IMG/VR virus record: IMGVR_UViG_3300021255_000054
Direction: 5' to 3' (one strand)
Length of the DNA: 64,000 nt
Source of the DNA: a virus
Lineage: Duplodnaviria > Caudoviricetes
Below, piece by piece: positions 7,481 to 18,697 of the stretch. The number at the start of each line of letters is the position of its first letter. Within the stretch, counting starts at the first letter, position 1. The notes beneath the pieces were generated by a model. The model had not been told where the DNA came from, searched no databases, and was given only the letters and a program-made list of their open reading frames with translations. The translations under genes and the position numbers were made by a program.

Positions 7481-8015
7481 TATGCACTTTTGTCATAATA
7501 AGGAGTTTCTTTATAAGCCACGCGGCTTTTCTTCTGTAGAAGAAATGAATGAAATTATTATTGAAAATTGGAATAAGACTGTTGGAGAACATGACACTGT
7601 ATATGTTCTTGGCGATATCATGCTTAATGATGATGACAAGGGCATTGAATGTATGCAGCGGCTGAATGGAGAATTTTTTATTATTTGGGGTAACCATGAT
7701 AGCGATAAGCGTAAGGATAGACTCTTTAAAGAATGCCGCTATATGAATGGTGGTTGGTATGCTTGGAATTTTAAGTATAATAATAAATATTCTATTTATC
7801 TAAGTCATTATCCTACTATTACTTCTAACTTTGATCAGAAGCATTTTTCCCAGCATGTATTCAACTTTCACGGGCATACTCATCAGCCAGTAAACTTTTT
7901 TGATGAGAAAAATCCATTTATGTATCATGTTGGAATGGACTCGCATAATTGTACTCCAGTAAATATTGAAGAAGCATTTTCTGACATTAAAAAGCAGTGG
8001 GAGAAAATTAAATGA
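7449..8015 (+). CDS. calcineurin-like metallophosphoesterase
   Basis: SDMHFCH, LGD, GNHD, HGHTH. Confidence 0.9.
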   Translation: MYMPEIFLTSDMHFCHNKEFLYKPRGFSSVEEMNEIIIENWNKTVGEHDTVYVLGDIMLNDDDKGIECMQRLNGEFFIIWGNHDSDKRKDRLFKECRYMNGGWYAWNFKYNNKYSIYLSHYPTITSNFDQKHFSQHVFNFHGHTHQPVNFFDEKNPFMYHVGMDSHNCTPVNIEEAFSDIKKQWEKIK

Positions 8016-8401
8016 AAGCTAATACTATAAAAAGAGAAGAAATTTGTTCATACACCACTGTTGACGGACAAACATTTGAAAAGTGGGTAGATGCTTTTAA
8101 TCATGAATCTGCTTTACTTAGTAAGCGTGAAATTTATAGCAGAACGGTAGAGTTACCTTTTGAAGATACTGAATATGGTGAATTATATAAAATTGATAAT
8201 TATGAAGATTATCTATACTTAAGATTTACAATATGGAATAGTTGCGGCTCATCCAGTTGGAAAGGCCCTGGGTGGTATCTTGTTTTCCATTATGATGGTG
8301 GAGATTATCCAGATAATTTTACTATCTATTACGTACCTAATTATTTAAATGATATAGCAATAGGAATTGCTAATATTCAAGAAATTATTTCTGATATTTG
8401 A
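8012..8401 (+). CDS. hypothetical protein
   Basis: ORF overlapping the upstream stop. Confidence 0.65.
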   Translation: MKANTIKREEICSYTTVDGQTFEKWVDAFNHESALLSKREIYSRTVELPFEDTEYGELYKIDNYEDYLYLRFTIWNSCGSSSWKGPGWYLVFHYDGGDYPDNFTIYYVPNYLNDIAIGIANIQEIISDI

Positions 8402-8545
8402 CTTTTAAATAAATTTATATTATAATTATTATGTTAAAAGATGAACAATGTCTAATTGGGCATCCATGTAAAAATTGTATTCTTACATGTAATTTTAATA
8501 AATCCCACAGTCGTGACAACGACCAAGATGAAAAGGAGAATGAAA

Positions 8546-10057
8546 ATGAACGAATTACTAAAGAACCTCAAGGAACGTGAAAATGTAACTTATACTGCGA
8601 ATGGCGCGAAAGCTTACCATTCTACTATGTCAAAGGTTTATGACCTTTTCGCGCAAGGTGGAGCTATGCGTAGAGCTTCTGAATCAGATTGTATCAATAT
8701 GTTTGCATCTGCCTATAAAGAGAATCCTACCTTAGCCTTAAAGTGTCTATTCTGGCTTCGTGATATCCGTGGCGGCCAAGGCGAACGTAGATTTTTCCGT
8801 CTATGCCTACAGTGGCTAGCAATGAACCACAGACACGAGGCATGGCGTCTAATTCCGTTTGTGGCTGAGTATGGCCGTTATGATGACCTATTCGAGCTAT
8901 TTGATACTCCTTGCGAGCCTGAAATGCTTGGATATATTAAGTATGTGATTGATAAGAATGAAGATCACCTTGTATATAAGTGGATGCCTTCTATCAATAC
9001 ATCTTCTAAGAATACTCAGGCGCGCGGACGTAAGATCGCGCGTGAATTCGGTCTAACTGAGCGTGAGTATCGTAAGATGCTTTCTGAAGGCCGTAAGGCT
9101 TGTAATCTTGTTGAAACCCTAATGAGCCAGAATCGTTGGGATGAGATTGCATTTAATAAGCTTCCTTCTCGTGCTGGTATCCTTTATTCAAAGGCATTCG
9201 CGCGCAGAGAAGAAACTAAGGAACGTTATGCTGCTTTTATGTCTTCTGATAAGACTAAGGTAAATGCTGGAACTCTATATCCTTACGATGTAGTAAAGAA
9301 AGCGCGCGAAGTTATGGGCGGTTCTAGCTGGTGGAATGATGTAAACAATGTATCTATTAAGGATGTTAATCGTTTGGCCGCAAATAAATATTGGGATAAT
9401 CTTACTGATTATTTCAATGGTGCTACTCTAAATGCTCTATGTGTATGTGATACTAGTGGTAGTATGCTTTGTGGCTATGACCGCAATGCTATTGCTCCTA
9501 TTGATGTTGCTATCTCTCTATCTCTATATACTGCTGAGCGCGCGAAGGGGCCGTTCCAGAATCATTTCATTAGCTTTAGTTCTAGACCTCAACTTATTGA
9601 AGTTGAAGGCGTGGATTTCTGTGATAAGGTATATCGTATCTATCGTAGAAATCTATGTGAAAATACTAACATTGAAGCTACTTTTGATTTGATTCTACAG
9701 ACTGCTGTTAATAAGCATCTGTCCCAGGATGATCTACCTGAAACACTAATTGTAATTAGTGATATGCAGTTTGACTATGCACGCACTAGTGCTCGTTATA
9801 GCGGCACTACTCTGATGGAGAAAATTGAAAGTAAGTGGAATTCTTATGGATATAAGATGCCTAAGCTTATCTATTGGAATGTTAATGCGTCTGGAGATGG
9901 TAATATTCCAATGAAGGATAAGGATGGCATTACATTCGTAAGCGGAGCTTCTCCTTCTATTTTTACTCAGATTCTGACCGGTAAGACAGGGATTGATCTT
10001 ATGCTAGAAGCACTTCTAAGTGATCGGTACGCACCAATCCATTCTTACTTAAATTAA
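8546..10057 (+). CDS. DUF2828 family protein (TROVE/Ro60-like helical domain plus vWA)
   Basis: TANGA, RDIRGGQGER, YGRYDDL, KWMPS, MIDAS CDTSGSM, ISDMQFD, YWNV. Confidence 0.85.
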   Translation: MNELLKNLKERENVTYTANGAKAYHSTMSKVYDLFAQGGAMRRASESDCINMFASAYKENPTLALKCLFWLRDIRGGQGERRFFRLCLQWLAMNHRHEAWRLIPFVAEYGRYDDLFELFDTPCEPEMLGYIKYVIDKNEDHLVYKWMPSINTSSKNTQARGRKIAREFGLTEREYRKMLSEGRKACNLVETLMSQNRWDEIAFNKLPSRAGILYSKAFARREETKERYAAFMSSDKTKVNAGTLYPYDVVKKAREVMGGSSWWNDVNNVSIKDVNRLAANKYWDNLTDYFNGATLNALCVCDTSGSMLCGYDRNAIAPIDVAISLSLYTAERAKGPFQNHFISFSSRPQLIEVEGVDFCDKVYRIYRRNLCENTNIEATFDLILQTAVNKHLSQDDLPETLIVISDMQFDYARTSARYSGTTLMEKIESKWNSYGYKMPKLIYWNVNASGDGNIPMKDKDGITFVSGASPSIFTQILTGKTGIDLMLEALLSDRYAPIHSYLN

Positions 10058-10081
10058 CCTTTTCTTCCTCTCTTATATATT

Positions 10082-10127
10082 AGTCAAGCAATTTATTGCT
10101 TGACTTTTTTATTGAATTTTGATATAA
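10082..10127 (+). terminator. intrinsic terminator whose 3' arm overlaps the next -35 box
   Basis: AGTCAAGCAA-TTTA-TTGCTTGACT plus T run; TTGACT...TATAAT. Confidence 0.7.
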
Positions 10128-10153
10128 TATTTTTAGAAAAGGAGAGATGATGA

Positions 10154-10927
10154 ATGGATAAACTTATGCTCGCCGTACAAAATCATCATAATTTTATTAT
10201 TAGTCAAGGCTTTAATGCAGTTATGACTGTATTAATTGGCTCTCAAAATTATGGCCTTGATAATGAAAATAGTGATATTGATACTTTTACTTTTATTTTT
10301 CCTTCTATGGAAGAGCTTGCTACCGCCGCAGAGCCGCAAGCAGGTGAATTTGAAGTAGAAGATGGTAAATGTGTATATAAAGATATTCGTATTGGCTTAA
10401 ATTTACTTAAAAGGACTTCTCCTAATAGTCTTGAATGCTTTGTAGGAAAGTATAGAGTATTTTCTGAAGAATATAGAGATATTTTCGAAAACTACTTAAA
10501 TGATGATATGAAAATGAATGCTATGACTCATTGTAATTATGATCATATGCTTTACGCCGCCGCAGGTATGGCTCATCAGCTTACCAAGCGTAGTATGCCC
10601 GCGGGAAAACGTTATTCACATGCTTTGCGCTTATGTAGCATGGTAGATACTTTTATTGATAGCTTTGATTATCGTTATTTGTTAGAATTGCTGCCTCGTG
10701 ATTATAGAAGTGCTTTGGACGCCAAGCGAGATACTGATAAAGCGCGAGATGGCTATTATGATAAAGAATGTGCAGCAATCGCGCAATTGCTTGATGATAA
10801 ACGTGACGAGTTTGTAAAATCGGAATTTAAAAAGAAAATGGAAACTGAAGGATTAGCTTTAATCGCACAGTTTCAAAAAGATTTAACTAAAAGATATATT
10901 CAACTAATGTTGGAAGAGGAGAATTAA
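10154..10927 (+). CDS. Pol-beta-superfamily nucleotidyltransferase
   Basis: GSQNYGL-x4-SDID motif. Confidence 0.8.
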   Translation: MDKLMLAVQNHHNFIISQGFNAVMTVLIGSQNYGLDNENSDIDTFTFIFPSMEELATAAEPQAGEFEVEDGKCVYKDIRIGLNLLKRTSPNSLECFVGKYRVFSEEYRDIFENYLNDDMKMNAMTHCNYDHMLYAAAGMAHQLTKRSMPAGKRYSHALRLCSMVDTFIDSFDYRYLLELLPRDYRSALDAKRDTDKARDGYYDKECAAIAQLLDDKRDEFVKSEFKKKMETEGLALIAQFQKDLTKRYIQLMLEEEN

Positions 10928-11358
10928 TGAATATTGATATTCACGCAGGAATGCGAGGACTAGTAAAAATTAATGGTAGTTGGCGCCCTTGTGAGTTAGT
11001 AGAAAGTAGTAACGTACATATTACTTCAAAGGGTTTATATCTCCCTTCATTACTAATTAATATGAGTAATGATGGCGAAGATATTGAAAATGAAGATACA
11101 ATAGATCATGAATATTGTGAAGAATTACTTCAGAATTACTTTTTAGAAGCTTTTCCGATTGATGATTGGGTAAAAGATCATTCAAAATATTTTATGACTA
11201 AAGAAGATTACATCACCTTTATTGAAGATGAAAATTTTAATCGTCAATTAGAAAATGCTTATGTTTCTGATGGTAAATATGGCTATTATAGTGTAGCTAA
11301 ATATACACGTAACTGGATTGAAAAGCAACCATTTAAATACATTGTAAGAGGAGATTAA
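10927..11358 (+). CDS. hypothetical protein
   Basis: ORF with RBS. Confidence 0.65.
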   Translation: MNIDIHAGMRGLVKINGSWRPCELVESSNVHITSKGLYLPSLLINMSNDGEDIENEDTIDHEYCEELLQNYFLEAFPIDDWVKDHSKYFMTKEDYITFIEDENFNRQLENAYVSDGKYGYYSVAKYTRNWIEKQPFKYIVRGD

Positions 11359-11359
11359 A

Positions 11360-11965
11360 ATGGAAGAACCTAAGCTTACTTGGAAAAAGTTTTTTGGACA
11401 TTGGAAAACTGTTCGTACTCATAGAAAATGGGTAAGATATTATTGTCATCTTGCCGGTATTACCTGGCGCGGCATAAAACATGATTTAAGTAAGTATTCT
11501 CCTATTGAATTTCTAGAATCGGCAAGATTTTGGACTGGAGACGAATCTCCTATTCACGCGGCAAAGCGATTTTATGGATATTCGCGCGCTTGGCTTCACC
11601 ATCGCGGCCGCAATCCACATCACTGGGCTTATTGGGCAGATAATTTTAGTGAAGGCTTAAAAGTATATTGTATGCCATGTAATGACTTCGTTGAATTAGT
11701 ATGTGATTTCTTAGCCGCAGGTCGTGCCTATAGTGGTGATTTTTTTAGTTATAGTGGCGAACGCGCTTGGTGGCTTAAAGATAGGGAGCGCGGCAATAGC
11801 GGTATGAATCCTAAGAATAAACTAATGCTTGATATCATTTTTAGTGATTTAGAATTTGCAGAAAATCATAGTCTTGCAGGATGCCCGACATCTCTTATTA
11901 CTTCTACCCCTGAGTCACTAATTAAATCAGGATATCTACAGGAAGTATGGAGGGCTAATAAATGA
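11360..11965 (+). CDS. HD-like metal-binding protein (DUF5662-type)
   Basis: HDLSKY, WLHHRGRNPHHW, ELVCD. Confidence 0.75.
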   Translation: MEEPKLTWKKFFGHWKTVRTHRKWVRYYCHLAGITWRGIKHDLSKYSPIEFLESARFWTGDESPIHAAKRFYGYSRAWLHHRGRNPHHWAYWADNFSEGLKVYCMPCNDFVELVCDFLAAGRAYSGDFFSYSGERAWWLKDRERGNSGMNPKNKLMLDIIFSDLEFAENHSLAGCPTSLITSTPESLIKSGYLQEVWRANK

Positions 11966-12262
11966 ATCAGCAAAGACAGGAAATTCCAATTGATAATGTT
12001 GGTACGGTACTCCAACAATTAGTTCAAGCTTGTAAAGCCGGAGACCCAGGACTTGAAAATATGCGATGTGCATATATATTAAAAGAAGATCCACTTATTT
12101 ATGTATATAGTATTTTTGATCTAATTGATAATTTAGTTAAGAAACCTTTAGATTTAAACACAGTAGAAAAATTTTATATTTATAGACCACTTAGCGAAAG
12201 TTAAGTGGTTGATTTTTTTTTAAAATTATTGTATAATATTTATACAGAAAGGGGAGATAGAG

Positions 12263-12979
12263 ATGCCAGTGGCGAAAACTTATGAAAAATATCCACTTGA
12301 TGGAGAGCCGTTTGAAGAAAATAATCGGCTTTATGTGTACGTAATCGCGCCCAAGGGCAAGAAGAAGGTGCGTTGGTATTCTAATGCAGAATATAAGCGT
12401 ATGTATCCTGACACAGTTATTGTCTCCTCTTTCAATGCGCGACAAGCCTTTGGTTTTGGAGAAGTAGGATACATCACTATTTTTAAAGGTGATGAAGATA
12501 CAATACGGAGTTGGGCTCAAGCTAGCTGGCCGCCTAAAGCCTGGTATAATACGCTTTTTAATTTTTATACACCTGGCGGCAGAGCATTAGAAAATTTGCC
12601 TTCTACCATTACTCCTATACAGGTCAAATGGTCTGATATAGCCGCAAATGAAACTCAGCTTAAATCTGATGAAGAAGTAAGAAAATATGTTATGGCACTC
12701 ACTACTGATATGGTGGATAGTACAAGCCACTTTCAAGGAACAAAAGATGAATGGCTTGAAAGAAAAGTTGTTATTAAAGAAAATAAAACAAATGAAAGTC
12801 ATTTCGGTGAAAAGCATACGCATGTTATGCTTGATGCCGAAGGTAATAAGTATATTTGGGAAACAGGCGCCAAAAATTATGCGCCTGCTATGGAAATTAA
12901 ATTAAAAATGAAGGTAAAGGAGCATAAGGAAATTAATGGAGAAAAATGCACGGTTGTCTGGTATTGTAAGGAAGTATAA
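12263..12979 (+). CDS. hypothetical protein with C-terminal OB-like domain
   Basis: ORF after promoter; ESHFG...DAEGNKYIW pattern. Confidence 0.6.
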   Translation: MPVAKTYEKYPLDGEPFEENNRLYVYVIAPKGKKKVRWYSNAEYKRMYPDTVIVSSFNARQAFGFGEVGYITIFKGDEDTIRSWAQASWPPKAWYNTLFNFYTPGGRALENLPSTITPIQVKWSDIAANETQLKSDEEVRKYVMALTTDMVDSTSHFQGTKDEWLERKVVIKENKTNESHFGEKHTHVMLDAEGNKYIWETGAKNYAPAMEIKLKMKVKEHKEINGEKCTVVWYCKEV

Positions 12980-13347
12980 AGCAATGGGACAGCTCTCCTT
13001 TATTAGAGACAAAGAACTGGTTAATCAATATTGTTTTGGTACTCCCACTACTGAACAGAAAAAAGAATTACAAAATATGGGTTTTTGTTTCTGGAGTATG
13101 CTTCAAGACCCTGAAACTAAAGAATTTTACGAGATGTGGATGAAATGACAAGAATACTAAATCCCCATTGGATGGGAATGATCGCGCGATGTAACAGCGG
13201 ATGCGGCGCTTTAATTGGTTTTGAGCCAGAAGATGTAAATAAAAATCAATGTATTACTTGCCCGCAATGCAAACAAGTATTATGGGTTCCATTTAATCCT
13301 AATTATGATGGAGTTATTAAAGAAGAAGAAGAAAAGGAGAACAAGGA

Positions 13348-13737
13348 ATGATTTATCTTATTTACGCTGCAGAACAGACCTATGGTGGCCTTCATGGTAT
13401 GTATAATGTTGATATTATTGAAGCAGATTCTGAAGAAGAAGCTGACGAATATGGCGAAGAAATGTCTCGTGATGTAATGGAAACCTATACTAGTATTCTT
13501 GATACTATGTATGAAGAAGCTTATGATGCTGCACAAAATGAATGTCTTGAAGAAGATACTGAAGAATATGAAGATTATGTTGGGACATATGTCGAAGATC
13601 TCATAGCTAATAATCTGGAATGGTCTGTATATGAACTGAGTTCAGAACATACTATGGATGAATATCGTGAGATGTTAAGAAATCATCAAGACTGGGAAGA
13701 TCTTAGAGATAAATATGCCATTAGAAAGGATGAGTGA
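13348..13737 (+). CDS. highly acidic hypothetical protein
   Basis: ORF, Glu/Asp-rich. Confidence 0.65.
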   Translation: MIYLIYAAEQTYGGLHGMYNVDIIEADSEEEADEYGEEMSRDVMETYTSILDTMYEEAYDAAQNECLEEDTEEYEDYVGTYVEDLIANNLEWSVYELSSEHTMDEYREMLRNHQDWEDLRDKYAIRKDE

Positions 13738-14531
13738 TATGTCATTAAATAGTATATTGGTTTTAATCGCAATTATATTAATTATTAGTTTTCTATTTAA
13801 TGATAATAACACACGGCCACTATAAAGAAGCAATGGATATATTAAAGGAGCGAGAATATGGCGAAACTATGGTTCAGAAACAGTAAAGGACAAGAAAGAT
13901 TTCTTACCGAGTGTGAAACTTTACAAGAAGTTAATATAGAAATTGATAAGTTTATTGCCGATGCTAATGATAGATATCCTAATAAGAGAGCATTCAAGCG
14001 CTACTATACTCGTATGTGGCAAGAGGATGGACGTTGGAAGTTTGATGTAGGCAGTTATACTGAATTCTTTTATTGGGATAGTGATAAAAGTTATGAGGAA
14101 ATGAGTAAAGAAAATGATGCAAACAATTAATTTTGGTGATGAAGCTCATATGCGTATTGCTAAGTTAGAAAAAGAAAATTTTGAGCTTAATGCTAAATTA
14201 CAATCGACAGAAAGGCGTCTTAGCTATACCAGTGATGAATTGGATCGAATTAGGAAAGATGCTAAGATTGGCGCTGCGTTAAAGGTAATTTTAAAGGAAA
14301 TAAAAGATAAATAACAATTATTGAGGTAAATATTATGTCGAATGAATATAGAGACTGGCTTTGGGATAAAGTGCAAGATATTGTACTTGAACGCGGACTA
14401 GCCGACAAAGTTTTTGGTACTTCCACTACAAGGTTTGTAGATGGACTTAAAGATGGCGCACCAGTTCGATTTGAAGTTTGGTTTGATCACGAACTAGGAG
14501 AATGGCGAGTTGAATATAGGGAGACAGGTAA

Positions 14532-14774
14532 ATGAAGAAAATTATAATTATTATACTTTGTTTATGTTGTGTATTTTTGCTTACGGGATGTACTCAAGTA
14601 AGTAAACCTGAAGGCTCTACTACTTATACTTATGCTATGATTATTATGCCTGATGGTTCAATTATTAAAGGAAAGTGCGAAGATTATATGCGATATTCTA
14701 ACAATTGGATGACAGTACAAATTAATGGAACTACATATCACTTAAATGATTGGCGAGTTACACTTTATAAATAA
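14532..14774 (+). CDS. putative lipoprotein
   Basis: MKK, hydrophobic stretch, LTGC lipobox. Confidence 0.7.
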   Translation: MKKIIIIILCLCCVFLLTGCTQVSKPEGSTTYTYAMIIMPDGSIIKGKCEDYMRYSNNWMTVQINGTTYHLNDWRVTLYK

Positions 14775-14835
14775 TTGACATTTTCTAAATTTATGATATA
14801 ATTATTATGTAAGAAAGAGAGAAAGGATGATATAA

Positions 14836-16062
14836 ATGCTAAATAAGAATCAAGAACGTGAACTTGCTTACGTAGTTCTAATTGATGGTATTGAACCGAT
14901 TCCTGGTTATGACCGCGTAGAACACGCAATCGTTGGCGGTTGGCGTGTAATTGTACAGAAAGACCAGTTTAAAGTAGGCGATCCTGCTATTTATTTTGAA
15001 ATTGACTCTCGTGTGCCTTCTGATAAGGAGTGTTTTGCTTTCCTCGAAAAACGGCATTATAAGGTAAAGACTTTGAAGATGTGTAAAACCCTGTCGCAGG
15101 GCCTACTGATGCACGCTAATGATTTTGGGTGGACTAATTACTGGGATGAAGATAATAAAGAATGGTGTATTAAAGATAGTGATGAATATCTACACTATTC
15201 TACCGATGAAACTCGTTTTCTTACTAAGCAACTTGGCGTAACCTACGCTGATGATGAAGACAACGCACGTAAGGCTCCTTCTGTAGATAAATACAAGAAG
15301 ATGGAAATGCGGCATCGTAAACTGTTTAAGAATCCTGTGATTCATTGGTTTATGCAGTATAAGTTTGGCCGCGAAGTTATGTTTTTCTTCTTTGGGAAGA
15401 AAAAGGATAAGAAGAATGGATGGCCTTCTTGGGTATCTAAGACTGATGAAGAACGTGTGCAGAATATGCCTTGGATATTGGAAGATTCCGGTGATTGGGT
15501 AGCTACTGAAAAGATTGATGGTACTAGCACTACTTTCACTATGAAGCGCGGGAAGTTCGATAAAAAGAACTTCTATGTATGCTCTCGTAATGTTTGCTTT
15601 GGTGAAGAAAATAAGCCTTGCTATTATGACACTAATGTATATTGGGAAATGGCAAAGAAGTATAATATTTTTGAAGTACTTTCTAAGATGCTTGAAAAGT
15701 ACCCGCAGGAAGAGTGGATTACCATTCAAGGTGAAACCTATGGTGATGGTGTACAGCGGCGTGATTATTCTCTAACTGAACATGATTTTGCCGCCTTTAA
15801 CTTGATTTTCTCTTCTAAAGGACGAGTCGGAACTCTGGAAATGCTCAAGATTCTTGCAGAATACGATATTCCTTGTGTTCCCGTACTTGAAGAATGCATG
15901 AAAATTAACCAGTTTGAAAATGTTGATGCTATTCTAGCTTATGCAGATGGTAATTCTGTAAAAGATGGCAAGCCTCGTGAAGGAATTGTATTCCGTTCTA
16001 TTGATGGCACTAAGTCTTTTAAGGCGGTAAGCAATAGCTTTTTGCTGAAATATCATGAATAA
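14836..16062 (+). CDS. ATP-dependent RNA ligase (Rnl2/DRB0094-like, N-terminal OB domain)
   Basis: TEKIDGTS, CSRN, QGETYG, EGIVFR, SFKAVSN. Confidence 0.88.
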   Translation: MLNKNQERELAYVVLIDGIEPIPGYDRVEHAIVGGWRVIVQKDQFKVGDPAIYFEIDSRVPSDKECFAFLEKRHYKVKTLKMCKTLSQGLLMHANDFGWTNYWDEDNKEWCIKDSDEYLHYSTDETRFLTKQLGVTYADDEDNARKAPSVDKYKKMEMRHRKLFKNPVIHWFMQYKFGREVMFFFFGKKKDKKNGWPSWVSKTDEERVQNMPWILEDSGDWVATEKIDGTSTTFTMKRGKFDKKNFYVCSRNVCFGEENKPCYYDTNVYWEMAKKYNIFEVLSKMLEKYPQEEWITIQGETYGDGVQRRDYSLTEHDFAAFNLIFSSKGRVGTLEMLKILAEYDIPCVPVLEECMKINQFENVDAILAYADGNSVKDGKPREGIVFRSIDGTKSFKAVSNSFLLKYHE

Positions 16063-16125
16063 TTTAAAAGAAATATTGATAAAAATAATATCTTTATATA
16101 AAGAAGCTTAGGAGGTATTAGATGA

Positions 16126-16629
16126 ATGAATATGCTCCATGGATTTTCCAATAATAAATATGAATTTTTGAGCAACTTCGCTGCTTGTGAGATCTTTTAT
16201 GCGAATGACGTCGATCCAGAAGGATGGCATTATAAAACATCTGAGCACGCTTTCCAAGCAGCGAAGGCTCGTTCCCCACAAGAAATGCATTGGGTAGCTG
16301 CCGCCACTACTCCCGGTGAAGCAAAGCGTAAGGGACATAATGTTTGTCTGCGCAAAGACTGGGAAGAAATTAAAGATCAAGTTATGCTTGATATTTTAAG
16401 AATTAAATTTAAAGATCCAGATATGCGTGCACGTATGATGGGTACTATTGTTGATGGTATTGATGGATTTTGTGAAGATAATTGGTGGCATGATAACTAT
16501 TGGGGCGATTGTCAGTGTGAAAAATGTAAAAATATACCCGGTCAGAATAAACTGGGTAAACTTTTAATGCAGGTTCGTGAAGAAATTGTCAGTGATATAC
16601 TAAATGTATCAACGAAGGAGGAACAGTAA
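16126..16629 (+). CDS. NADAR family protein
   Basis: FLSNF, SEHAFQAAK, RKDWE, YWG, GQNKLGKLLMQVRE. Confidence 0.9.
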   Translation: MNMLHGFSNNKYEFLSNFAACEIFYANDVDPEGWHYKTSEHAFQAAKARSPQEMHWVAAATTPGEAKRKGHNVCLRKDWEEIKDQVMLDILRIKFKDPDMRARMMGTIVDGIDGFCEDNWWHDNYWGDCQCEKCKNIPGQNKLGKLLMQVREEIVSDILNVSTKEEQ

Positions 16630-16637
16630 ATTACAGA

Positions 16638-16826
16638 ATGATAATGGAACTTTATAAAATGCTGCTCCCAAATAATGGAGAAAGATATGATTTATCTACA
16701 GAAGAGTTAAATGATTTACTTTATTAGGCATATAAAAATGGATATAATTATGGTTATTAGAATGCTAAAGTAATGTATGATTTAAATATGACAGCTTGGG
16801 CAGAAATAAAAGAAAAAGGAGAATGA
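16638..16826 (+). CDS. hypothetical protein (2 TAG)
   Basis: fills the gap only with TAG readthrough. Confidence 0.45.
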
Positions 16827-16969
16827 AAAATAATGGAATCAAATGCTACTTATTTGAAATGGTGTTATCGGCGTAATTTACTACGGTCACGTAGTGAAGA
16901 AGTAAATCATGGTATTATTGGAAAACTAAATAGAAAAATTCGTAAGTATGAAGAGGAGCATAAAGAAGA

Positions 16970-17884
16970 ATGATTTTACTTATTCTTGGTATTTTAATTC
17001 TTATTGGTGGTATTATCGCCAGTGCAATGGTTACAGATTTTAATAAAGTATTTTCAATTGGTGGCGCAGTGATATGTATTATTTGTATTCTATGTTCTTG
17101 TATTTCATATGTACCAACAGGTTATACAGGAATTGTAACTACATTTGGTAAGGTACATAATGAAACACTTGATGCCGGTATTAATTTTCATGCCCCATGG
17201 GATAATGTAATTAAGATGGATAACCGTGAACAGCGTACTACTTTCACGCTTGAAGCTTTTTCTAAAGATATTCAGCAGGTAGGCGTCCAGGGCAGCGTAA
17301 ACTATAATATTGATAAAGTTACTGCAATGAATCTTTATAGAGATGTAGGTATTGAGTATCCTACTATTTTGATTGGCCCTCGTATTCAAGAAGATGTAAA
17401 GATTGTTATTGCTAAATATACTGCTGAAAATCTAATTGAAAATCGTCAAGCTATGTCAGACACGATTTTCGAACTATTGAAGACAGAACTCGCGCCAAAA
17501 GGCATTAATATGATTTCTTTAGCTATTGAAAATGTAGATTTTACGGATGTATTTGAAGCAGCTGTAGAAGCTAAACAGGTTGCTACCCAGGAAAAGCAAC
17601 GTGCTCAAACTCTGCAGGAACAGCAAACTATGGAAGAAGAGCAGAAGGCTGAGCGTGCACGTATTGCTGCTCAGGCTGAAGCAGATGTAAAGAAGATTGA
17701 AGCTGATGCAGAAGCATATGCTATTCGCGCAAAAGCCGAAGCTGAAGCAGAAGCTAATAAGAAACTTAATTCATCATTAACTTCCGAACTGATTGAATAT
17801 AATAAAATTCTACATTGGGATGGACAGCTACCGAAATTTACTGGCGGTACAGTTCCAATTGTAAATTTTAGTGGGGTTGAATAA
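16970..17884 (+). CDS. SPFH / band-7 (prohibitin-like) membrane protein
   Basis: N-terminal TM segments, G-x-V-TTFG, EAEA coiled coil, WDGQLP. Confidence 0.9.
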   Translation: MILLILGILILIGGIIASAMVTDFNKVFSIGGAVICIICILCSCISYVPTGYTGIVTTFGKVHNETLDAGINFHAPWDNVIKMDNREQRTTFTLEAFSKDIQQVGVQGSVNYNIDKVTAMNLYRDVGIEYPTILIGPRIQEDVKIVIAKYTAENLIENRQAMSDTIFELLKTELAPKGINMISLAIENVDFTDVFEAAVEAKQVATQEKQRAQTLQEQQTMEEEQKAERARIAAQAEADVKKIEADAEAYAIRAKAEAEAEANKKLNSSLTSELIEYNKILHWDGQLPKFTGGTVPIVNFSGVE

Positions 17885-17955
17885 TTCAACCTCATTTTTT
17901 TATTTGATTTTTTTCTAAAATTATTATATAATATTTATATAAAAGGAGTGATAGT

Positions 17956-18696
17956 ATGGATAGATTATATGTATTAGATATGCCTGCATTAACTAATTTT
18001 GAAGCTGATGGAAAAATTATTGAATATATCTGTGACCATTTTTCCAAGTATAATTGTGATCAAGTAGTACGTACAGATAGTTTATCACAATATGGTAAAA
18101 CTTCAGGTATATTAAAAGTAATTCCAATCTCTAGTGTAGAACATACTAGAAAATGGCTAAAAACAAATTTTCATACTTCACTTAAACCTATTGAATTACC
18201 TGAAGTATTAATGAAATATTCTCCGGGATACCAGAAGCTTACCGGTGAAGAACTATTAAAACTAGGCTATGATAATGATAAATATTTTATTAAACGTATT
18301 GACAAAATGAAAAGTTGGACTGATTTGATGAATCCATACGAGAGCGCAAGACCTCATATTAGTAAGAACGGATTATATGCAGTAAGTCCTTTACATTGCA
18401 TACTTGCTGAATATCGAATTTTTGTATATTATGATAAAATATTAGGATGTCAGCATTATAGTGGAAGTCCTCTAAGCTTTCCAAATGCAGAAATAATTTC
18501 TAAAATGATCTATGAATATTCATTTACTACCGCGCCAAAGGCTTATACTTTAGATGTAATGGTAACACTGGAAGATACAATTCCATTAGAAGTACATCCA
18601 TTTGTAGCCTGTGGATTATATGGATTTCAAGATATAAAATTACTAGATATGTGGGAAAAAGGTTTGGATTGGTATATAAAGAAAGAAGGAAGATAA
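17956..18696 (+). CDS. ATP-grasp protein (R2K/DUF4343-like)
   Basis: FIK, EYRIFV, YTLDV, LEVH..ACGLYG. Confidence 0.7.
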   Translation: MDRLYVLDMPALTNFEADGKIIEYICDHFSKYNCDQVVRTDSLSQYGKTSGILKVIPISSVEHTRKWLKTNFHTSLKPIELPEVLMKYSPGYQKLTGEELLKLGYDNDKYFIKRIDKMKSWTDLMNPYESARPHISKNGLYAVSPLHCILAEYRIFVYYDKILGCQHYSGSPLSFPNAEIISKMIYEYSFTTAPKAYTLDVMVTLEDTIPLEVHPFVACGLYGFQDIKLLDMWEKGLDWYIKKEGR

Positions 18697-18697
18697 A

